Part shown: positions 20,462-28,813 of the stretch, in pieces
Numbering within the stretch: the first letter of the stretch is position 1
How the letters are laid out: the number at the start of each line of letters is the position of its first letter
NCBI GenBank assembly: GCA_964351475.1
Contig: CAYGOB010000002.1
Span: forward strand, 1 to 58,345
Origin: an uncultured Candidatus Saccharibacteria bacterium
Lineage (GTDB): Bacteria > Patescibacteriota > Dojkabacteria > SC72
Direction of reading: 5' to 3'
Length of the DNA: 58,345 bases
Notes under the pieces: generated by a model
Database searches by the model: none
Told to the model about the DNA's origin: nothing
The model's input: only the letters and a program-made list of their open reading frames with translations
Translations under genes and position numbers: made by a program

Positions 20462-21305
20462 CTAGGTACTGTTTTAAAGTAATATTTTTAGAATGTAATA
20501 TCTTCCATATAATCCAAGAACAAAGATACCATACTGTTTCTTTTATTGCCACAGAGAGACCTTTTCTATCCTTAATACTAACATATCTGTTTTGCATATT
20601 CATCCAATTTCTTTTAAAACTTCCTATACTTTTTGTAGAGGCCATATGGTCGTGATATACAACTGAATTACCACAGTAATATATGTCATATCCTAGATCT
20701 CTAATTCTTAAGGAGAGGTCTACATCTTCGTAATAAAGAAACATCTTAGGATTAAAGCCTTTAACTTTTTTTATTACTTCTTTTGGTATGAGCATAACAG
20801 CACCACATATACCATCTACTTTTTCAACAATATTGTATTTGGGGTCATCATACTCTCCCTCATACCTGTCATATGCCATGTAGTGTTTATCTATGTCCAT
20901 ACCTGCAGAGTTAATTACATACCTCTCATCTTTTTTTTCTGAGAGTAATATTTTAGGTCCTACGGCTCCTACGTTTTGTTTTGTTCTTACAACTTCTAAA
21001 AGATTTTTTAACCAATTAGGTTCTACTGTAATGTCGTTATTCATAAAGACATAGTTGTCATAGTCAGGGTACTCCTCTAAGGCTAGGTTGTGTGCCCTAC
21101 CGTAGCCTAAATTATTGTCTGATTTTATTACCTTAATAGCAGGGTACTGTTCTCCTAAAAATGATACAGAGTCGTCTGAGGAGTTATTATCTACTACACA
21201 TATGTCATAGTTAATGTCGTTTCTGTCTGTTTTTAAGATAGAGGGCAAGGTTTTTTCAAGGAGTTTTTTACCGTTATGGTTTACTATTATTATTAGAATG
21301 TTCAT
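20451..21305 (-). CDS. GT2 glycosyltransferase (rhamnosyltransferase-like)
   Basis: ILIIIVNHNGKKLL...VVDNNSSDDS...NNDI...YYEDVDLSLR. Confidence 0.85.
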   Translation of the reverse strand: MNILIIIVNHNGKKLLEKTLPSILKTDRNDINYDICVVDNNSSDDSVSFLGEQYPAIKVIKSDNNLGYGRAHNLALEEYPDYDNYVFMNNDITVEPNWLKNLLEVVRTKQNVGAVGPKILLSEKKDERYVINSAGMDIDKHYMAYDRYEGEYDDPKYNIVEKVDGICGAVMLIPKEVIKKVKGFNPKMFLYYEDVDLSLRIRDLGYDIYYCGNSVVYHDHMASTKSIGSFKRNWMNMQNRYVSIKDRKGLSVAIKETVWYLCSWIIWKILHSKNITLKQYLDDK

Positions 21306-21354
21306 GTTGGATTATTATATCAGGATATTTACTGGGTTCCCATATAATCTTTCC

Positions 21355-21383
21355 TTGTTAGTAAATTAAAGTGTAGGTATAAT
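21355..21383 (+). promoter_or_regulatory. Sigma70-like promoter candidate TTGTTA-N17-TATAAT
   Basis: TTGTTA at 21355-21360 and TATAAT at 21378-21383, spaced exactly 17 nt, ~39 nt upstream of ATG 21422. The AT-rich background makes chance matches likely. Confidence 0.35.
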
Positions 21384-21421
21384 GGGAGGTTAAATAGAAA
21401 TATATTTAAAAACTCTTACTA

Positions 21422-22684
21422 ATGAATATCAGAGAAATATTTAGAGAGATCTATCCCGTAGATGAATACAAGAAACTTAAGAAAGAAAATCCTTTTCATT
21501 TTTGGTTAACAATATTAATTCCCCTCTCTCTCTTGTTTTTGTTTTTTTATCTATATCTCTATCCTTTTGGATACAGAAAGGAATATACAATTACACAAGA
21601 TAATATTCTAGAAGAGAGAGGAGATCTTTCTTTTTCTCAAGGACAGGGAGAGACTGACGGTCTCTTGCACATAACTGTAGATCCTAAGATAAGGGTGCGA
21701 AATCTGTTTGGAGAGGTAATCGTTAAGGGTGAAGGTGTACATATTTTACATCCTAATATACAAGAAGAAGAAATGTTAGACGTATGGGAATATGAAGTAG
21801 ATAGGTTTCAGATTGAGGGTATCCTCTCAGAAAGAGAACCTACAATCTCTAGAAGTAATGAAGATGAAGAGAAAAAGGCGGATTTTGGGGAATACAAATA
21901 CACTGTATTAGATGAATATGATGTTAAAGATTCTAATACCCTTTCTTTCTATCTTAGATGGGAGGCTTTGACAGAGGAAGCTCTTGTTGGCAATCAGTTA
22001 CTTCTTAAATACCAAAATTTAAGAATAATACAACATCATGAATCAATAGAATTAAGGGTAGATGAAGTCTATGACGGAAATCTTTACACATACCAAATAG
22101 GAGTTTTAACAGAGGAAGAGGAGAATGAATTAATAGCTATATATACCAAACCAGAGAACTCACTAAATGGTTATATTGAATTAGTAGTGAACAATTTAAG
22201 AAGTGGAAGAGTTATTGTAAGTTCTCCTTACAATTTGTTTACAGATTATGATGACCTTCGACAGTATGAAGAACCTCTTAATGAAGAGTTAGTTAAAGAT
22301 TTAAATCAAGAAAAAATATCCTTAGGGCAAGAATTGTATAGAGTAAATATAGAGAACTCTTTTCCAGAAGATCTTGTATCTGCCATTAATTTAGATGTTT
22401 ATTATACTGAGAAGTACAAGACTCCCTTGTTAAGAGAAAAGGAGAAGTCCTCTCCTCTAACATTATCAGAGTATTATCCTAAAGTATTTTACAATTACTT
22501 CAGAGGAAATATTTATGAATTAAGAGTGGGTTATGAGTATCCTTTTGAAAAGATACAAGAACACAGTAGGTTCTATGGCCATACTCCTTTTACATTTCCA
22601 ATAGCAGGACAAACAGAGGATATAGAGGAGATAACTTTTATAACAACTAGAGACCCTATATGGAGAAAGTTAAAGAGTTTGTAA
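21422..22684 (+). CDS. N-terminally anchored extracytoplasmic protein of unknown function (possibly beta-sandwich/LamG-like)
   Basis: 420 aa, one TM (FHFWLTILIPLSLLFLFFYLYLY), then an acidic beta-rich region. Overlaps the next GT-C gene by 25 nt. Confidence 0.5.
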   Translation: MNIREIFREIYPVDEYKKLKKENPFHFWLTILIPLSLLFLFFYLYLYPFGYRKEYTITQDNILEERGDLSFSQGQGETDGLLHITVDPKIRVRNLFGEVIVKGEGVHILHPNIQEEEMLDVWEYEVDRFQIEGILSEREPTISRSNEDEEKKADFGEYKYTVLDEYDVKDSNTLSFYLRWEALTEEALVGNQLLLKYQNLRIIQHHESIELRVDEVYDGNLYTYQIGVLTEEEENELIAIYTKPENSLNGYIELVVNNLRSGRVIVSSPYNLFTDYDDLRQYEEPLNEELVKDLNQEKISLGQELYRVNIENSFPEDLVSAINLDVYYTEKYKTPLLREKEKSSPLTLSEYYPKVFYNYFRGNIYELRVGYEYPFEKIQEHSRFYGHTPFTFPIAGQTEDIEEITFITTRDPIWRKLKSL

Positions 22685-24630
22685 AAAACAAAAATTCATA
22701 TAACTGCTTACTGTTCTTAATAAAAAATATTCTCTTAATGCTATCCTCTATTTTCATATTACATCTTTTGAATGTCATTAATATAAGCGACACAATTTGT
22801 TCACGTACCTTCCTTTTATCATTAATCTACATTTCATTCTTTCTAAATTATTTAACCTTTAAAAAAGAGAAAACAGTAAATTTAATTCTAAAATCTTTTT
22901 TTCTCTTTCTTCTTTTACTTATTCTCATTAATTTAGTTACTAACATAAAGACTCTTTTACCATTTTTACAAGACAATCTTGATGTGTACTTAAATCATCT
23001 GCTCTTCTTAACTGGAATCTCACTCATACTCTTTAACAAAGATATTTTTATTAAAGAAAAGAAAATTAAAAACAAAAAAGATCTCTGGTATATACTCGCT
23101 CTTATCCTTATCGCTCTACTCTTCTTAGCTGTTCACCTATCAATGTTTAGATATCCTGGAGGACATCCTGATGAATTCAGGCACATACTTACTGGGAAAA
23201 CTCTAGTTGAAGAAGGAGCGTTTCCAATATTAACTAGAGGTTATGATGGACAAGGTTACTTAAGAGGGGCTCCTATGTCCATTTTAATAGCAATCTTCTT
23301 TTCCATATTTGGTTTTAGTACCAGGATGGCTAAATTCGTTCCAATATCTCTAGGTTTTTCTACTCTGTTACTGCTATACAAAGTTTCTAAGTATGTAATA
23401 AAAGACAAGATTATTAGGATATTATCTCTCCTACTTTTTGTTCTGAGTCCATGGTTAATATTTATACACTTCTATATCAGGCATTATGTCTTTCTAGAAT
23501 TTTCTTTTGTATTTACTATTTTTCTTTTTATAAAGATCCTAGAAAATATTAAGAATAGAAATAGATTAATTATATATTCTTCTCTACTCTTACTTACTAA
23601 CTTAACTAATTATTTCTTAACATATGACTCTACTAAATTCGTAATACCCTTTGTTTCTCTTTGTGGGATTATTTATCTCTTCACTTCCAAGAGGATTAAG
23701 ATTAATCCTAAGAATAAGGTAATTAAGAATTTCTTAAATCTTAAAAAGAAGAAGAAGTTTTTTATTATATTAATTGCTACTGTAATTATGTTTTTAATAT
23801 CTTCCATCTTCTTGGATTATCAATCATTATTTAATACTCTTTTAAGTGGTAGGACTAATACTGTAACAGGTCATTATAATTTTAATAGCTTTTTCTTTGG
23901 TATATATTCTTTCTTTACAATTTTTCTAATATTTGGATTATTTAGAAATATATTTAGCAAAAAGAATAAGAATAATTTGGTGTTTTTTCTTGTAATACCA
24001 ATAATGATTTTACATTTTCTGTCGAATACTCCTATGCAGATTATGAGGGTTTTAGTTTATCTTTTACCTATGTTTTATGTTTTAGCTTGTTATGGTTTGG
24101 AACAGGTTTTAGGGGTTTTTAAGAAGAATAAATTTATAAAAGTTTTTATTTTAATAACTTTCTCTCTAATATCTGTTTCTATATTAAACAATGATAGAGA
24201 ATTAATATTTTCTAGAGGTTATCCTATTTTCCCTTTAGAGATAGGTTATGATGAGTTTGAACCTATGTATGATTATGTTAAGGAGAATTTAGATGGGTAT
24301 ATATTAATAGAGACTGCTTATTCTAATCAGAGTGGTATTGTTTATGATGTAATTACAAATTACAGGCTTGATCTTAAAAAATCTCAGGTATGTACATATA
24401 CTATGTATTATGATGAGGATGAGGATATTTGTAGACATTATTATACAGATACTTCTGCTATTCATGACAGAGAAGAGTGGAATGAGTTAATAGAGAATAA
24501 TAGTGTTTGTGTATTACTAAGGAGTTATGCTCATAATTTTTTAGAGAGTAGTGATATTAGAAGAATTAGGAGAGATTTTGAATTAAGGGAGAGTTTTATT
24601 GGGTATGATATTTATTGTAGGGACAGGTAG
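22660..24630 (+). CDS. Polytopic GT-C-like membrane glycosyltransferase (PDExxH loop motif; ArnT/PMT/DUF2142-like)
   Basis: 656 aa with >=12 TM segments, HPDEFRH after an early TM, and a ~150-aa soluble C-terminus. Confidence 0.6.
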   Translation: MEKVKEFVKNKNSYNCLLFLIKNILLMLSSIFILHLLNVINISDTICSRTFLLSLIYISFFLNYLTFKKEKTVNLILKSFFLFLLLLILINLVTNIKTLLPFLQDNLDVYLNHLLFLTGISLILFNKDIFIKEKKIKNKKDLWYILALILIALLFLAVHLSMFRYPGGHPDEFRHILTGKTLVEEGAFPILTRGYDGQGYLRGAPMSILIAIFFSIFGFSTRMAKFVPISLGFSTLLLLYKVSKYVIKDKIIRILSLLLFVLSPWLIFIHFYIRHYVFLEFSFVFTIFLFIKILENIKNRNRLIIYSSLLLLTNLTNYFLTYDSTKFVIPFVSLCGIIYLFTSKRIKINPKNKVIKNFLNLKKKKKFFIILIATVIMFLISSIFLDYQSLFNTLLSGRTNTVTGHYNFNSFFFGIYSFFTIFLIFGLFRNIFSKKNKNNLVFFLVIPIMILHFLSNTPMQIMRVLVYLLPMFYVLACYGLEQVLGVFKKNKFIKVFILITFSLISVSILNNDRELIFSRGYPIFPLEIGYDEFEPMYDYVKENLDGYILIETAYSNQSGIVYDVITNYRLDLKKSQVCTYTMYYDEDEDICRHYYTDTSAIHDREEWNELIENNSVCVLLRSYAHNFLESSDIRRIRRDFELRESFIGYDIYCRDR

Positions 24631-24673
24631 AATATAATAGGTAATGTGTACATGAGCAGTGATGAAAATTTTT

Positions 24674-26125
24674 CTATTTCTCTAATATTCTATTTATCAT
24701 TAACTGAATATTCTTTATTGATTCTTCCTTAAAGAAGAAACTACTATCTAAATCTAAACTTCCTGAATTATACTTAAAATCCTTCAGAAGATCCTCTGCT
24801 GTATCTATCTTCTTTGCATAACCAGAATTAATTAATTTTTCCATATACTCTATCCCACTCGTATTTAAAAGATAAACACTCGGATTAAAAACTAATCCCT
24901 CATATATAGCAGTAGAATATACACCTATATGAATCTTTGACTCTGCCATTAGTTTATACAAAGGAGTAATATTCTCATCTATAACTGTAATATTACCTTT
25001 TTTATATTCCTTTAATAACCAAGGATAGTCCTCTTTCCATGACAAAAACTCCCCTGGATGAAGTTTATAAATACGTTCATAATCTAATTCCGATTCCTTA
25101 TTAATAAATTCAACAGCTAATCTTGATAATTCTCTTCCTATTGTTCCTTGAGATAAGAAAAGAATCTGATTCTTTTTTCTACTATTTCTATACTTAGAAC
25201 TTTCTTTTTCAAAATATGGATATCCTACAGAAACTACCTTATCTTTTTCTATTGGTAAATCGACAGCCTTGTTCCAAAAATCACCAAAAGTAAAAAAATA
25301 ATCAGGAAATGCTCTCTTTGTTCCATTATTGGGGTAGGAATATCCTAAATGATATTTATCAATAATACCATGTTGTAATTCAATTGTTTTTATACCTAGA
25401 ACTTTGCATACTTCAATAAATGTTTCTCTCTCCGAAGAGACAAGAAGGATAGCTAATTTCGGTCGAACTTTTCTTAAAAGTCTTTTTAGAAAACAATAAT
25501 GTACGTTCCTTTTAACAATGGTCTTTGCAAAAATTTCCGCCAAATTTATCCTAATCTTGAATTCTTTGTATATCCCCTCCTCAACTTTATTTATTTCCTC
25601 TCTTTCATCATCACTAAACTTAACACTTTTATAAAAAAGTTTCCTAGCAAGTCCTCCAAGTATATAAACATAATCTAGATATTTAATACTCTTTATCTCT
25701 GTAGGTCTAAAGTGTTTATATCCATACGGTTTCTCCCAGTATGTAAAACTGGTAGAAATATTTTTAAGAATCTCATCACAATATATATCTGTCCATTTAT
25801 TATTAGAAAATTTTCTCCGAGAATGTCCAAAAAATAAAATTTCTTTTTTATTTGCGAGAAATGGATTTTTAAAAGTCACAGACAAGAACAAGTTAATAAA
25901 TAGATTAAAGAAAGATAAAGGAGAAACAAGATTTGATTTAGAGGATTTTTTTCCTATTCTTAATCTGTTACTTAACTCATTAAAAACAAACCTTCTGACT
26001 AAATCCCAAATATAAATTTCTCTAATTCTAAAATTGTATAAATCTAATTCATTTTCTATTTGAAAAAATCTTTCTGTCAAATCTTTCATGTCTTTTACCC
26101 TATCTTTCATTTTGAAGATTTGCAA
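24674..26125 (-). CDS. Unknown protein, possibly a GT-B-fold transferase (HP motif)
   Basis: The track start at 26125 is TTG. The first ATG is at comp. 26108-26110 (MKDRVKDMKD...). The C-terminal half has LFLSQGT..., YKLHPGE and GVYSTAIYEG, reminiscent of sialyl/Kdo-type or capsule GT-B enzymes. Weak recognition only. Confidence 0.4.
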   Translation of the reverse strand: MQIFKMKDRVKDMKDLTERFFQIENELDLYNFRIREIYIWDLVRRFVFNELSNRLRIGKKSSKSNLVSPLSFFNLFINLFLSVTFKNPFLANKKEILFFGHSRRKFSNNKWTDIYCDEILKNISTSFTYWEKPYGYKHFRPTEIKSIKYLDYVYILGGLARKLFYKSVKFSDDEREEINKVEEGIYKEFKIRINLAEIFAKTIVKRNVHYCFLKRLLRKVRPKLAILLVSSERETFIEVCKVLGIKTIELQHGIIDKYHLGYSYPNNGTKRAFPDYFFTFGDFWNKAVDLPIEKDKVVSVGYPYFEKESSKYRNSRKKNQILFLSQGTIGRELSRLAVEFINKESELDYERIYKLHPGEFLSWKEDYPWLLKEYKKGNITVIDENITPLYKLMAESKIHIGVYSTAIYEGLVFNPSVYLLNTSGIEYMEKLINSGYAKKIDTAEDLLKDFKYNSGSLDLDSSFFFKEESIKNIQLMINRILEK

Positions 26126-26177
26126 TAAAAAAATTAGATATTTAGATTATTTTATCACAATACTGTAGAATAAATTA

Positions 26178-27089
26178 ATGAAAATTCTTGTAACTGGAAC
26201 ATCTGGTTTTATAGGCAACAAATTAGCAAGCAAACTGAAAGACAAAAACTATACAGTCATTGGAGTTGATATTAAGCGCAATAAAACAAACCCCTCTTAC
26301 AAAAGCATAAAAATAGATCTCGCAGATTGGAATCAAGTAAAAACTCTAGACAATAATTTTGATATTATTTACCATATAGCGGGGCATAGTGCAGGAGACC
26401 TTAGTACAAAGAATTATGCGGAAGATTTAAGAAGTAATACTCTCTCTACTGCTAATATAATAAAATTAGCACAAAACTCTAAAACCAACCAAATTATATA
26501 TGCTTCGAGTATGGCTGTTTATGGAGAGCAGGAGAAATTCCCAATGGCTGAAGATAGAACCCCTAATCCCCTGGTATATTATGGTGCTAATAAGTTGGCA
26601 TCTGAATACTATCTTAAGATAGCAAGCTCTAAGGAATTGCATACAACTTCTATTCGTCTTTTTAATATATATGGACCAGGACAAGATGTTCAAAATCTCA
26701 AACAAGGTCTGGTAAGTATATTTATAGGAGAACTTATAAAAAATAAACACTTGGATATGAGAGGTAGCCCTAAAAGATTCAGAGATTTCTTATACATCGA
26801 TGACACCATAAAAGGATTGATTTTGTGTTTGGGAAACAAAAAAATAAATGGAGAGGTTATAAATCTAGCGTCTGGAAAAGCGCATACGTTAGGAGAATTA
26901 ACAGAAATTATTAGAAAGAATCTCCCTTTTGAAACAACTATCTCTTACTCTAAACCTTCCTCCTTTGATCTTTATGGGATGCATGGAGATATAAGGAAAG
27001 CGAAGAGACTTCTAGGCTTTAAACCGCTGGTATCATTAGAAAAAGGGATCCCTTCTACTCTAAAGTATATAAATGAAATCACCTCATAG
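26178..27089 (+). CDS. NAD-dependent nucleotide-sugar epimerase/dehydratase (extended SDR)
   Basis: MKILVTGTSGFIGNKL and catalytic YGANK (YxxxK). 303 aa. Confidence 0.85.
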   Translation: MKILVTGTSGFIGNKLASKLKDKNYTVIGVDIKRNKTNPSYKSIKIDLADWNQVKTLDNNFDIIYHIAGHSAGDLSTKNYAEDLRSNTLSTANIIKLAQNSKTNQIIYASSMAVYGEQEKFPMAEDRTPNPLVYYGANKLASEYYLKIASSKELHTTSIRLFNIYGPGQDVQNLKQGLVSIFIGELIKNKHLDMRGSPKRFRDFLYIDDTIKGLILCLGNKKINGEVINLASGKAHTLGELTEIIRKNLPFETTISYSKPSSFDLYGMHGDIRKAKRLLGFKPLVSLEKGIPSTLKYINEITS

Positions 27090-27137
27090 AAACCCTTTAA
27101 TCAAGACCTTTCCCTTGGAACCAGAATTCTTATATAT

Positions 27138-28052
27138 CTAAGTCTTCTTAAAAATAGCTCGTATATGAAACCCTTTTTCTCTCTCTCCATATTTATCAGG
27201 AGTTAAAACTTCTCCATTAAACCTTTCCAAATAAGAAATCCCGCATTCTTTTATATCCAAGCACTTAAAACCAGATTCTTCAAAAACTCTTTTAAGAGAA
27301 TTCTTTGTGAAAAAATGTATGTGTGGTGTATCTTTTAAGGGTAACCTCCAATACTGATGAGTAGAATTAGGGACTTCTACAAAAAGAAAACCTCCCTTTA
27401 TACAAATATCCGTTAGAGACCTTATCACATCTTTTAAATCTAATACATGCTCCAGCCAATGACTTGTATGTATATAGTCATACTTCTTCCTAGTCTTAAA
27501 AGGAAAATAGTCTGCAATTTTGTTGACTCCCCTCCTTTTATAATATTCCTCCCATATAACTCCTGGTTCACAAACATCCAATTTTAAACTAGGCTTATTG
27601 CACTTATCTCTCAACAGCAGAGATGCTAAAGCAGGCCCTGCTCCTATTTCCAATACTTTATTTATTCTTTCTTTGGCTATTATATTTAGAGAAGTTTCAA
27701 TCTGTATTTTAGCCCTTGGATCTCCCTTGTAATCTACTTCTGTAAAAAAACTTTTCCCCGTTTTTTCCAGTCTTCCAGACCAATATTGGTCTGAATAATA
27801 ATCTTTTAATTCCTTTTTAGATGGGGGGGTATTCATAACTCCATAACCACAATTGGAACAAATTTTGATATTTCCTCGAAAATGACTCTTTTTTTTACTT
27901 GAGATTTTTTTTAATCTAGAAAATCTTTTAGGTATTAAAAAATTCAAATATTGTAAAAATCTTTTCAAAACAGACTTTATTCGTAAGTCCACTTTGTGCC
28001 GATTATACTTTACAAGATAAAAATCCTCAAAACCACAAATTGTACAAATCAT
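27138..28052 (-). CDS. Class I SAM methyltransferase with N-terminal CxxC...CxxC zinc-ribbon-like segment
   Basis: CTICGF ... CSNCGYG, then VLEIGAGPA and SHWLEHVLD. Confidence 0.75.
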   Translation of the reverse strand: MICTICGFEDFYLVKYNRHKVDLRIKSVLKRFLQYLNFLIPKRFSRLKKISSKKKSHFRGNIKICSNCGYGVMNTPPSKKELKDYYSDQYWSGRLEKTGKSFFTEVDYKGDPRAKIQIETSLNIIAKERINKVLEIGAGPALASLLLRDKCNKPSLKLDVCEPGVIWEEYYKRRGVNKIADYFPFKTRKKYDYIHTSHWLEHVLDLKDVIRSLTDICIKGGFLFVEVPNSTHQYWRLPLKDTPHIHFFTKNSLKRVFEESGFKCLDIKECGISYLERFNGEVLTPDKYGEREKGFHIRAIFKKT

Positions 28053-28071
28053 AAAACTTTAATATTAGAAT

Positions 28072-28797
28072 TTACTTTTTATAACCAACATATATTGTTT
28101 CCCAATTTTCTCTCCATCCACCCAAAGAATCTATAGGTGGTTTATCTACCCCCCCCTTAATATTCCCTCCTCGCATATCTTTTCTTCGCATTTGAATATC
28201 ATACCCAGCTAAATGTCTTTTTATTTGACTCGTTCTTTCGAAGAGATATGCTAACCCATAATGAGAATAACGAAATGTATCCACAGGAACAGGATGATAA
28301 CGCCATGAGAAAGGGGTTACACATATCACTATCCCCCCTTTTTTAGTAATTCTTACTGATTCCTCTGCGGCTCTCCAAGGTTCCTTAATATGCTCAAACA
28401 CATTGTTGCTAAAAACCACATCAAAAAAGTTGTCTGGGATTTCAGGGATATGACAAATATCTCCATTTATAACATTAGATTCTTTTATACTTTCATCAAT
28501 TTCCAATATCGAATACTCAAACCCTTCGGCAAGATAACTATATTCACCAAAACGACCTCCTACATCTAAAAACCTTAACTTCTCAACTTTTCTTTCTTGG
28601 TACTTCTTAATGAGACCTCGAATATCATCATAGTTGTAAAACTTAATATCTGGAGAGTACTCTACATCTTTGATATATGGTTCTTCACTAGATTTCCTTA
28701 TCTTAAAAAACTTACCTCTTCTTTTCCAGATTCCCGAGATTCCTTCCTTTTTTAAAATCTTATTGAACGTTTTCCCTTTTTTTTTCAAGCTTCCCAT
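28072..28797 (-). CDS. Class I SAM methyltransferase (Methyltransf_11-like)
   Basis: FLDVGGRFGE and VFSNNVFEHIKEPW. Confidence 0.8.
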   Translation of the reverse strand: MGSLKKKGKTFNKILKKEGISGIWKRRGKFFKIRKSSEEPYIKDVEYSPDIKFYNYDDIRGLIKKYQERKVEKLRFLDVGGRFGEYSYLAEGFEYSILEIDESIKESNVINGDICHIPEIPDNFFDVVFSNNVFEHIKEPWRAAEESVRITKKGGIVICVTPFSWRYHPVPVDTFRYSHYGLAYLFERTSQIKRHLAGYDIQMRRKDMRGGNIKGGVDKPPIDSLGGWRENWETIYVGYKK

Positions 28798-28813
28798 AAC
28801 TTTTTAATAAAAA

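Noticed and set aside
21384-21389. Perfect SD-like GGGAGG upstream of the 21422 gene
   Set aside because: It lies 32 nt from the ATG with no alternative start codon 5-10 nt downstream, so it cannot act as the RBS of this ORF. The tiny ATG-GGA-GGT-TAA frame at 21382 is not credible as a gene.
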